Shown here: positions 35,057 through 46,575 of the stretch, piece after piece | Layout: each line of letters begins with the position of its first letter | How positions within the stretch are numbered: position 1 is the stretch's first letter | Assembly (NCBI GenBank): GCA_904063045.1 | Contig: CAJFCJ010000005.1 | Location: forward strand, 243,310-307,309 | Length of the DNA: 64,000 bases | Reading direction: 5' to 3' | DNA from: Dimorphilus gyrociliatus | Lineage: Eukaryota; Animalia; Annelida | Notes under the pieces: generated by a model | The model's input: only the letters and a program-made list of their open reading frames with translations | Databases searched by the model: none | Told to the model about the DNA's origin: nothing | Program-made: the position numbers and the translations under genes

Positions 35057-35974
35057 CTAGTATTTTGAATTGTCATCGTTCAAGCTGACATCTTTCTGCA
35101 TTTTGTAGCAACCCTATAAATATAATATCGTTATCATTTTTCATATTATGATATTAATATCTTTCTTTCATATATAATATATTATATTCAAACCTTATCT
35201 CCGTACATAAAGGATGGTCGGGCCAGATGCATTTTAGATGTAATGTAACCAAAATCTTCGTAGAATCTTCTTAATTCAAAATCTTTAAACATAACGATCG
35301 AGGATAATTTCTGAAAATTTCATTTTTTCATATTAAGGGTATAGCTATATAAATTACATTTTTCAAGTTACCTTGCATCGTCTCTCTTGACACTCGTCGT
35401 CAGCAGCCTGTAAGAGTAGTCCTTTAATTTCTTTCTCCATCTTACATTCAGGATCTACGGATAGTATTTCTATAAGAGCTTCATCGTCTTCAACGTTGGA
35501 GAGATATTGGTTCATTCCAAAGGAGAATATAGTTTTTAAATGAGCCTTACTAAAAACTAGATTAAACGTTTCACTTGCTGATTTTGTTGTTTTGAGTTCG
35601 TCGCTGCATTATTTTTGATTATTAAGAAGAGAAATTAAAGAGATTAGACCCTACTTTGAATATTTAATAGAACAAATTCCTTGAATTTTGTCATCTTCTA
35701 AGGCAACTAATACATTTTGTATAAGATTTGGATTTGATTCGTAGCAATCTTTAATCATATCAATGAAAAATTCACGCTTTTCCTCTTCAAATAAATTAGA
35801 CAATCTCTCTCTATAACCATTGAGAAAGAGGTTGGCAACTGTATCAAGTTCCTCTTCTTTTGCTGGTCTAATTTTGATTCCAAAATTTTGAACATCGTTA
35901 TTAATTGATATAGAACTCTTACTATCAGTATCTATTTCAATCGTTTTAACAAACAAATTACATATAGAACTCAT
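35057..35974 (-). CDS. GNAT-fold acetyltransferase-like protein (copy 1), four exons
   Basis: IKIRPAKEEELDTVANLF (GNAT beta1/alpha1), VLVALEDDKIQGIC (beta2-3), IEILSVDPE (beta4), RRFYEDFGY (motif B), terminal YKMQKDV; TAG at 35057-35059. Confidence 0.8.
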
Positions 35975-36071
35975 TCTGATGTCTCCAATTAATAAATTTC
36001 TATTTTAGGCGTTTTCTCTCTCTCTCTTACTTAGTACACCTGTTATAAAGCTATTACTTTTATAGTAACCG

Positions 36072-36103
36072 ATCACGTGACTATTAGTCATTGGAAAATT
36101 TGT
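36072..36103. promoter_or_regulatory. Conserved upstream element of GNAT copy 1: E-box ATCACGTGAC overlapping palindrome TGACTA-T-TAGTCA
   Basis: 32-bp block nearly identical to 38441-38472; each lies about 100-135 bp upstream of its GNAT ATG. Confidence 0.55.
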
Positions 36104-36814
36104 AGTTATCAGGCCTATTGCTTCGTAAAAAGAACCTATACAAATTTTGATCACATGATGACCCGTTTCGTAAAATTCCAACTTATTTTAAGGGTGAAAA
36201 AATGGAGAATTAAGGAATTTGCATTTATTGCTTTTATAATGAAAAGTATAGTATATTAGAAATCCAAGTAGAAATAAGATTGGTATGATTTTTCCTAGTT
36301 GGAAAAGAATCTTTTTGTTATTAATTGAAATATCTTCAATTAATATATTTTACATAATACGAAGAATAATGAGTATTCCTTAAAATAGACCTGTACAAAA
36401 ACAACCTATACAGTTTACCTTTAGCAATCTGCAATGGATATTGATTATTTACTAGTCTGTATATGAAAATTTTTGCAATATATTTGATGTATGTTACACT
36501 GAAAGCGTCGTTATACTATATGGAAAATGAAGTGTAATAGATTAAAAAAGTACGTGGATTTAACAACGAATCTTGACGGAATAGTTGAATTTCGAGAATT
36601 TCAATCTTCTTTCTTTTAACTCTTACGTTCTCTCTCTCTCTCTCTTTCTAATGAAAATTACCCTTTAGCGTTAGTTTTCTATTGTAGATCATCTTCTTCT
36701 TATAACAGGGCAGAAGCTAACTTTTTGGCTAATATATAATGTATAGTTCACTGAACATTTTTGCCAATTTACAACAATTCCTACGCAAACAACACGAGTA
36801 GAAAGTTATACATA

Positions 36815-37190
36815 AGAATGTTGAATTCAGAACATATAGGTTAAGTAGTTTAGTATGTTTCATTATGAATTTAATAATTAATAAATTCAATCTATATATA
36901 GTAACATTTGAAAATATAACATACGTATATATACAAACTTATATAATTTTCCTACTGTAAAGCTTTAGATGCCAATAGGAGAATTTCGAAATCAGAACAT
37001 ATAGGCTAAGTTTTTGTTTGCGCATTTAATAATTTACAAATTTAATTAATATGTAAAAAACTAAGACTAATATTTACATATTGCATAAGTATAGTAACTT
37101 GTAAATAATACATTTTCTATTGTATGCTTTATCGCGCTTATCCCTACTCTTTAAGGAATATTGAAATCAGAACATATAGGTCAAAGTAGT
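36815..37190. repeat. Three dispersed copies of a ~35-bp motif (core TCAGAACATATAGG) at ~165-175 bp spacing
   Basis: Core starts at 36827, 36992 and 37167; flanks partly conserved (GAAT..TGAAA / AAGT..TT). Confidence 0.75.
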
Positions 37191-37382
37191 TTGGTATTTA
37201 TTTTTAAAAAATTACAAACGTAAATTTGGTGAATATAACTGTGAATAAAATTTAAAGAAACAACAACACTTATTCAATATCAAACGGTAGAAGAAGGTTA
37301 AGACGAGATTTTTCACTATCTGAGTATTATCAAGTAAATTTTTTGTTTTGTGAGAATAAAAGCAGCAAAAGTCTATTCCTAA

Positions 37383-38306
37383 TTAACAATACTGAAAAAC
37401 TTCTTTCTCCATTTTGTAGCAACCCTAATAAAGAGAAATTGAAAGGGAACTATTAGTATTTTAATGTAATTATATAGATTTATTAATACAAACCTTATCT
37501 CCGTACATGAAAATTGGTCTGGCAAGATGCATTTTGGCAGTAGTATAGCCATAATTTTCAAAGAATCTTCTATTTTCGAAATCCTTGAACATGACTATCG
37601 AAGATATTTTCTAAAAATATACAATATTTCGTATTAGAAAATTTCATTTCTTCCACATTTTAATAGTTAATTATTCAACTTACTTTGCATTTTCTATCTT
37701 GACATTCGTCACCAGCCGCTTGTAAGAGAAGGTTCTTGATTTCTGATTCCTTCTTACATTCTGGATCTACAGATATTGCTTCGATAAACGCTTCATCATT
37801 GCCAACTTTAGATAGGTATTGATTCATTCCGAATGAAAATATCGTTTTCATTAGACCTTTACAGGAACTACCTTTGAATGATTCTTCACATTTCTTTGAA
37901 TTCGTTGATGATTTACATTCTTCACTAGATTTTCAAGAATGGATATTAATTTATTTGCCAATTTGATATAAAAAGAGATTTGTACTTACTTTGTAAATTT
38001 CATGGAGCAGAGTCCTTGAATTTTACTATCGTCTATGGCAACTAATACATTCTCTATTAGTTTTGGATTAGATTGGAAACAATTCTTGACCATATCAGTG
38101 AAAAATTCCTGTTTTCCCTCATCAGCAAAAAATGGTAACCTCTTCTTGTAACCTTCGTAAAGAAGATCGGCTACTCTATCGAGTTCCTCTGCTTTGGCTT
38201 TTCTAATCTTGATACCTGGATTTGGTACTTCACTAGTAGTCTTGTAGGTATTTTCATCTTTGTCAATGGTAACAGTTTTAACGAAGAAACCACAAAGCGA
38301 CCCCAT
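37383..38306 (-). CDS. GNAT-fold acetyltransferase-like protein (copy 2), four exons
   Basis: Tandem paralog of 35057-35974 with the same exon layout (KTIFSFGMNQYLS, SVDPECK, GCYKMEKEV); TAA at 37383-37385. Confidence 0.8.
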
Positions 38307-38440
38307 ATTTAACGTTTATTTCTTAATAATCTTCAAATAAGAGTTTGGTAAAAATCTTTTTATTTTTGTTGTTTTTAAGACAAAATTTCTTTTGCTTCTA
38401 ATGCAGACAAGACTAAAGCTAGAGCTTTTATAAACAGCTT

Positions 38441-38472
38441 ATCACGTGACTATTAGTCATAGGAAAATTTGT
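38441..38472. promoter_or_regulatory. Conserved upstream element of GNAT copy 2 (E-box + palindrome)
   Basis: ATCACGTGACTATTAGTCATAGGAAAATTTGT, one mismatch to 36072-36103. Confidence 0.55.
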
Positions 38473-39180
38473 TATTACCTGGCGATTTTATACAAGCTAG
38501 GCTTACATTTCATCATATGACAATTTGTTTTATAAAAATTCCGACTTATTTTAAAGCAAGAAAAGGGTCAAAGGTTCTTAGAATTTTAGCGGGAGAATAT
38601 TAGAAATCGCATGCGATTGATCTTAATCCCGTGACTCTTTTCTTAACAATATAATAGTAATTGAGAAGAATTGCATTGCTTACAAATCATCTCGGCTGCA
38701 TAACGGAATTTTACAGTCTGTATTGATTTTTAATGAAATTCTAATAAAAGTGTAACATGGATGTATACATTATGTATATAAACTATTTGTGTACCTACGT
38801 CATAGCGTAACATTTATTATATTCTTCATAAAGTAACTAACTATCTAAAAATAAATATTATCTTGTATTCAAAACCTTTTTAAAGCCACGTAATGCTTGA
38901 ACGAGACGACGTTTACTCAATTCATTCAAAAAGATATTTTTAAAAATACTACTAAAAGAATTTTTGCTCTATTAATAATAATAACAATACCTATTTGCAG
39001 TAGAGCTCTCAAGCAAAAGGGAAGACTGGAAGAGTATGATTTATTCAAATGATTTTCCAATTGAATGTCAATCAATCAAGTAAAAAAGTATATTTTATAT
39101 TATAATACTGAAAATCATAAAGAAAGATAAAAAGTTAACAAGAAAATAGTTTCCTAGACAAATTGCGCTTGGAAGAAAAC

Positions 39181-40864
39181 TCAGAATTCATCGTAGAATA
39201 CATTTCTATTATAGATGATATAAGTTGGAAAGAGTGTTGATAAGAAATCTTTTATTCTTATATTCTTCTTTTCCGGTTGGTAAATATCTAAAATCTGTTG
39301 AAAAAAGTATATAAATGTTCAAGTAACTTTTAATATATCAATTAACAAGGGTTTTCTTTTTACCTTTTGAGAAATGTTTTGTTGATCTTCTAAAACGATA
39401 AATATCTTATCTCTGCAGGTGTGATATTCAGCTCCAGTTGTAAATTCTTTCAGAGCTTTAACACCCAAAGTAACAACGTCATACCAAAATTTATCATTTT
39501 TATATTTCTTAATTAAATGTAATATCTTAAAGCATTTTTTATAATGAAATAATGAAATATAAAGTCCAGATTCGCTATTTTGATGACAATCTAAAATTTC
39601 TGATATAATCTAAAAGAAGGAAATGAATAGACTTTTTTTTATTATAAAATAACAAGATAATTTGCAGTTTTGCTGTTATTTTTACCTGTAGAATATAGTC
39701 TAAATTTTTACTTGTTGAATTGAAATCATAATTAATAACTTCTTTTTGTAGGATTTTCTTAATACATTTATAAAAATATTTACTTGGACTATTTTTAAGG
39801 AAAGCATTAACTTTTAATAGAAATTTCCCATCGAAATATTCATTTTTCTATAAAAGAAATGAATTAAGAAATTAACGAATGAATATTTTAATCAACAAAC
39901 GTTGAAATGTTGAATAAAAGTTATTGTTGAATTTGTTGATTTTGAAGTATGAAAAGTTTCGACAGACTTTACACAACTATTCGATAATAAGGCAAAGAAC
40001 TTTAAATGATGATTATCAATGAATTTCCTTTTAAAAAGAAAACAATAGAATAGAGTATAATAATGAAAAAATAGAGATAATTTACTTGATCATATCCTCA
40101 GCTATATTATAATGTTTTTCAACAAGTAGAATAAACACTTCTAAAAATTTCCATGTATTCTTATCAATAAAGATACTATACATTTCTCTTCTTTCCTCAT
40201 CTATTGAAAAAACTGATATTTCTATTCTTTTTAAATAGTTTAAACTTCTTAGGTAAAATATTCCGTGATCGCCGTAGAATTTATTAATATTTTCATAAAC
40301 AATTAGATTCTTAAACTTTGATAATTCTTCAAAATTGAATAGTTTTACGTGTAAAAAACGTAATTTTTCAATATTTGACTTTTCTTCGCTAAACGAACTT
40401 AAATCGAATGTATTGAACGATACTGAATCGTTATAGATTGAATATTCTTTTAGAGACGTTATACATTTTAATTGATTAAGAAATAACTTTGAATCGACCT
40501 CGCAATTTTCTAATATCATCTTCTCCAGATAATTGTAATTGATCGATTCAATCAAGGCGTCTATTTTACCAAAATCTCTTACGTGAATCGAGGATAGAGG
40601 ATGATTTTTCATAAATGAGAAATTCTTCATAAAGCGTACACTCTTCTTGGACAGGCGTACCTTTGAGAGTGACGCTATTTCTCGACTAAAAAATAGCATC
40701 ATATCAGCCGATAATATCTTATGTCTATCGAAGAGAAATTGAAAGATCATCTCACTGATAGGTTGAGGAATATAAAAGCCATTTAGTATACATAATTCAT
40801 ATAATTCATATAAATTTTTCGATACAACTTCTAGGCATAGATACTTTAATTCAAAATTCAACAT
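39181..40864 (-). CDS. ZYG11/ZER1-like BC-box LRR protein (paralog 2), multi-exon
   Basis: ELKYLCLEVV + IPQPISEMI at the N-terminus, LRRs, W(KF)LEV motif. Downstream exon SLFHYKKCF...FWYDVV is homologous to paralogs 1 and 4. Putative last exon ends with TGA at 39181-39183. Confidence 0.7.
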
Positions 40865-40933
40865 TTTATTCCAAGCTTTCTCATTGGTGACTGCAAAAAA
40901 CGCTATAAAAGCATGTCATGTGTTTCTACGTAC

Positions 40934-40937
40934 ATAT

Positions 40938-40982
<45 letters not shown>
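40934..40982. repeat. (TA)n microsatellite, one interruption
   Basis: Direct reading. Confidence 0.95.
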
Positions 40983-40983
<1 letters not shown>

Positions 40984-41329
40984 CTATACAAATATAATAA
41001 ATGTAAAGTCGTACGAAAAAAGACAACGTATTACGGCATTTTGAACAATATTCGTTCATAGAATGAATCATGATTAGAAATAATACGGAATATAAAATAT
41101 TGAGACCAGTTTAAATAGAGATAGTCGATATTGAATTTCAAAGTATATTAAGCGATATCACTACTAGAATGAATGAAAATAGTCTTTTTTAAAAATTTCA
41201 ATTAAATGTATTAGATTTAAAAGAAATGGAAGAACTGTTGAATTGTTGAAAAGGAGTCGAGTTACCTTACTTTTTCAATAATTCGAAGGAAGAAGTGCAT
41301 TAGACTAACGTTATAATCAACTTTTAAAT

Positions 41330-42806
41330 CTATATATAAAGATATCTATAATTAATAACAAATTGAATAGAATTAAAGCATCTCTTACTTAATGTAAGTC
41401 CAACTTTCATAATAATATGACAAAGGCTTCTCCATTCATTCTCGTATTGTTTATTATAATCTGTCCATAGAACTATTTTTAACACCTTCTCTAATAAAAC
41501 ATTCTCATCTTGATTTAATAATTTCATTCTTTTATCTATAAATAGTTTTAAATAAGATCTCATTATCTGAAAAGATATTAATCGGATAAGATCGGATAGA
41601 ATAGGCCTATATTTATTTACTAGAAGTATTTTCTTATGATTTAATTTAAGAAGAAATTCATCCGTTTCCGTTTTGCTCATGACTTCTAAACTGGACGATA
41701 AGAATAGAAAGTAGTTTTTTAATTCTGGTGCAGGAATGATATAGTGCAATTCGTATAGAAGATTGAATTCCTCTATTATATAATTCTCATTCCAAATCTA
41801 TTTGTTTGAATAGGGCATTTGAACGTTTTCTTTTTAACCAAAAATCTATTTATATATTTACCTTATAAACTCTAGGAAAGATAATTTCTTTACGAATTTT
41901 AGAATTTTCACTAAAATTTACTTGAACATGTCCAAAATAACGTAATTTTGAATGTTTTTGAATAAATTCGCTTGAAAAATGTTGATTGAACAGTATAAAA
42001 GACCGTTTTTAAATACTTTTCCCCTCGTAAAACACTTACCTTACATCATTTTCCGTTAATTTACCGAACGACATTGAAATTTGAAATAAATTTTTCCAGT
42101 AGCAATTTGCAGATAAAATATATTTTACAGTTTCAGTAAAATTGAAATTAGTTCTTTGTTTAGATTTTCTAAATACAATTCTTTCTAAATTTTCTAAATT
42201 TGCTAAACTCTTTAAATCTTCAACTTGACAATTTTGCGGAAAAGCAATAAATACAAATCTCTTTAATCTCTTTAAATTTTCAATACAACTAAACCTTTCA
42301 ACTTGAGTATGAGATATTCTTAAATATTCTAAATTATGAAATTCTGAGCAGATTATCTCAAATCCATTAGTTTTTAGATTAGTATGTTTTAAATTTAAAT
42401 ATTTAATACTGCTAAAATCAATTCTTTGGCATAATCTATAAAATTTATTCTTTGGTGTTTTCTTGTTATTCTTTCTATTCTTCTTAATGAACGATATTAG
42501 ATCGTTCAATTTGATTTTCTCCAAATCGAATACTTTCCATTGTTTCGGCGGATATTCTTTAACGAACGATAAGATAGACGTTGTATTAATTTTTTCAGCT
42601 TCGAAATATAAGTGCCTCTCTTTAAACGAGTACTTTTTTATCAATGATAGATATTTCTTGGAAAATTTACCATATTTTTTCAAGTATAATTCAAATATTT
42701 CAGTTTTCAAGTCGTACGGAAAGCGAGTTTTCAATAGAAGTTTAACGTAAACTGGAAAATTCTCTACAATATATAGAATGATAATATTTTTCAATATAAG
42801 CATCAT
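41330..42806 (-). CDS. ZYG11/ZER1-like LRR protein (paralog 3) with a degenerate BC-box; 3' end approximate
   Basis: ILKNIIILYI..FPYDLKTEIF, LRRs (IKYLNLKHTNL, LEYLRISHT) and WKNL. Exon 2 EFIQKHSKLRYFG is homologous to paralogs 1 and 4. Confidence 0.65.
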
Positions 42807-43122
42807 GATTAAATTCTTAGCAGCGTAGTAGTAGCAGACATCTTGCTGGTGTAAAACTACTCACTATATACTATATAGATACATATATACATATAGTATT
42901 GAATTCTTGGGAAAGTGATTTTTAACCGCCAATTTCCCTATTGTTTCTTTTTATGTTACTTTTGAATTTTTGTTTGAATAGAATTAGAAAGCTAAAGACT
43001 ATTCAAACAATACAAAAGAAGGAAATACTTTCGTTCTATTGTGTTACTTTGCTGTTCGTCCTCTGATCGTTCGCGTCGTTCGTCAAAAATAGATATATTT
43101 TGGATAAAAACGTCGATTAACA

Positions 43123-44764
43123 ATGTATTTGTTAACTTTAAAACAATGTAGTTTGTATGTAATTGAGAAAAATCTATTTTTTCTATTTAAACTATGTACA
43201 TTCTTTAGATTATCTTTTCCGGAACAAATTTCCAATTCAATCTTTCATTTCGTTCATAACGAAAAAAGGAAATTACGTAATAGCGAATTAAAATTCTTTA
43301 ATTCAAATATTCTTAAGTTAACTGAAATTCGTCTATTCTACGATAAATATTCATCCAGTACCGATTGGAGTTTTCTAAGTAATCATAGACTTCGTGTACT
43401 ATATATTCATAATTTTCAAAAAATTGAATCGTTCATTGAATACGTTAATCCAGTATTCGTTAAGGAATTATTTATTGATAATTCATTTTCGTTGTCTGGA
43501 AAATTGAAATTATTCTTTAGAAATATGAAATCAATACATAAATTATCGTTAACTTCTAATTCTTTAAATAACTATCCTGTACATTTCTTATTAACGGAAA
43601 TACCGCATTTAAAAGAGATCTATTTCTATAATTTTACGTTTGTTGATGAAGATTTTGATAGTTTCTTTCCAAATTTGACGTCATTTGAAAACTTGAACAA
43701 TTTAACGCCTACAAACGATCTTTTGTATATAAAAGATATTGGAAATTTGACGAAAATTGATCTAGCTATACCATTTCGAAAAATAAAAGATGAAGAATTC
43801 ATAATGACTCTACAACATGCCGATGTATGGAAAAATTTGCGTATACTGATATTAAGAGAATATAGAAGAGTGTTCAATTTGTCTATGAGGTAAGTTTAAG
43901 TAATTGAAATAATTAGATTTCATTCTCTCTCTCTCTCTTTCTTCCCCTTTATAGAGAATTTATTGAAAATCATCAGAAATTAGAATTCGTTGCCCTACTC
44001 TCCAGTTCATTTGTTGATAAACAACCATCGAATATAAGTATTTCAACAGACGCGATATTGTTTAGCGACTGTTTCGACGTAAGTTTCCTTACTTTGATTG
44101 GAAGAAGAAACAATAAAAAACCTATTTGTTTATTGATATATTTTCAGGATAGTTTACACTTTACCGGTGAATTTTTATTCAAAGTTGTTAAATACCTAAA
44201 GCATTACTTTTGCCATTATTTCTATCATTGCCTAAACAATTGTATGAGAGAAGAAGTGAAAAACAGTAATTTCAAAAAAACCAACCCGAATATCGAATAC
44301 ATTTTAAAGGTATTCATTCATTAATATACAAAATACCTTTAAACCTTTATACTCTTATCTTTTCTATAGACTCTATTAGAAATACTTGAACATCATCAGA
44401 TTTTTCAAGAAGAATACTGTAAAACCTTCGAATCGCTTTCGCATTATAAGAAATGCTTTATATTCTTTGAATACTTAAAGAAGTTGGATCACGAGTATTT
44501 CTGGACGGAAGTAATAGTATATGCTACTAAAGTTGTTCGCAATAGAATATTTCAATCTTCAAGAGTTCTGTGGAATGATCGAGATTTATATTATAACATT
44601 TTTAAAGATCAAAGGCAACTCGTCGCAAAGGTAAATTAGCAAAAGGTAAATTATCATTTATTCTTATTATAATTCTATTGTTTTAATAGATGTACAATAT
44701 CAATTTACCTGAAAATGTGCAAAATGTAAACGCAATTTTGGATCCATTCTTCAAAAGCACTTGA
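43123..44764 (+). CDS. ZYG11/ZER1-like BC-box LRR protein (paralog 4), multi-exon
   Basis: TLKQCSLYVI + FPEQISNSI, LRRs, WKNLRIL. Exon 2 EFIENHQKLEFVALL; later exon SLSHYKKCF..FWTEV; putative TGA at 44762-44764. Confidence 0.7.
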
Positions 44765-45633
44765 TAGGAACAATGCAATTTCTCAAGAGGAACCCTTAAG
44801 CATTCTATTTTGTAGTAGTATACTTTGATATATCCTGTTTTTATCTAGAATCGTTGTATCTTCTGTGCAGTAATGATATATTATATTACAAGTAGTTCAA
44901 AAATATATATATTTATATATAATCATATATTATAGAAGCCGTTAAAATCGCCATTTCACGAGGACGGTTTAAAAGTCACCGAACAACAAAGTATTGCAAT
45001 TCATACTTCAGATGCCGTCTCTTTGTCTACTATCCTGACTTTTAAAAGAGACTAGCGACATCTATTTTCTATAAAGTTTTAGGCCTACTACATAATATTG
45101 CTAACATTTACCAAGATTTGGTTTTAGTTAACTATAAATTGGTTGATTCGTATTCCGAGTAAAAGGAAATTTGACTTTTAATCCTTTAAAAAAATAATCA
45201 ATGAAGAGTTAGTTGTAGTAGAGAAAATGCTTCAAGTCCCGGCATTGATTATTTAATTTTGGAGAAAAGGCTGAAATTAATCGAACTAATTGTTCTATTG
45301 ATAAATGAATACATTATTTTTACCGGGTTTTCGGGAAAGACTCTTTCCAAAGTCAACAAGAATTCAGAGGAAATTTTAATAATAAATATTCAAAGTTAAT
45401 TATTCATGAAAAACGGAACAAATTTCTTTTAAAAATGACAATATAACACTTTTTTTAAGGATTTTCTATAAGATAAAATCGATATACAATACAGTTGTAT
45501 GTGTGTGAATGCTTTAAAGGATAATGAAGGAACATAACTCCTTTCTTTTCGACAGGGTTAATCTATATAATAAATTTAAAATAGTTTAGTGCAATTAGTA
45601 TAGCACACAACTAAGGATTAGGTATAAGATCAG

Positions 45634-45657
45634 CCGGAAGTTGAGTTGAAAGGTAAA
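45634..45657 (+). promoter_or_regulatory. Possible ETS-type site (CCGGAAGT) and 5'-UTR exon donor for the TRPM-like gene
   Basis: CCGGAAGT is followed closely by AG/GTAAAT. The TRPM ATG at 46576 sits directly after a polypyrimidine-AG acceptor. Confidence 0.25.
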
Positions 45658-45951
45658 TGCATATTCTTTAAAATAAATTATCAATATCTTAATCTTAAAA
45701 TCTCCCTCATTTTGAATGTATTCCCCTGTTTAATCATTGTATTTTTTTGCAAGTTTTGTATTGAATGTGATTATAAACAATCTTTAAATTGATTTTCTTT
45801 GAACAACTGAAATTTCTAGTGTAAAATTAAAAAAAGATTATGATATTTTTCACTTTTTTATTATTCTCTCTTTTTCAATTATACTAATAAAGAATCTTTT
45901 GGGTTTTCCTTTGCCTGTGAATCATACCTGATTGTTATTAAAGTTTATTGA

Positions 45952-45967
45952 CCCCCCCCCCCCCCCC
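45952..45967. repeat. C16 homopolymer
   Basis: Direct reading; unusual in this AT-rich context. Confidence 0.9.
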
Positions 45968-46575
45968 TTTATATATTAATACTAGTTACCACAAATGTAT
46001 GTTTGTAGGCCTTAGATTCTTTTATACTTCATTGAAACTTGTTATTTAATAGACAAGTAGGAGGATTAACACCTTCTAATCCAAAAACATTTCAAAGACG
46101 AAAGAAAAGAGAAAATCTTTATTCTGGATCAAACTGAATTCTAGTAGCATACAAAGTTTGGGTTTTTTAATATCCGTTTCCATTTGGAGGAAATATGACT
46201 TAAACGCCGACTAAATTTTAATAAGCATAACTTATATAGAGGCTGAAAATAATCAATAAACATATACTAATATAACCTGTCTTTACCGTTTAATTCAGAT
46301 ATTCAACGAGAACAACTAACTATAGAATGCGTATAATCAATTAATGGTCAATAAATCTCCCTAGTGTTCTATCGAGAGAAAATGTCTTAATTTGAAACTG
46401 CGACTTTGCAGTTCAGCTTAAATTTTGTCTTTGTGCTTGAAATTTTGTTATGTAAGCACGTTTAGATCTTTTAATAAGAAGCTGTATAAAAGATTGTGCA
46501 AATCTCATTTATTCTTCGTCTTCCTTCTAACAGCATCAGAATCGTTAAACTGTTTAATATTTCTCTCCTGCATAG

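Noticed and set aside
36815-37190. CRISPR-like repeat-spacer array
   Set aside because: Only three degenerate copies, spacers of ~130-150 bp, no palindromic repeat, no cas genes, and an intron-rich eukaryotic context.
45952-45967. C16 run as a functional G-quadruplex/i-motif
   Set aside because: A lone homopolymer with no supporting context; its length is also prone to sequencing error.
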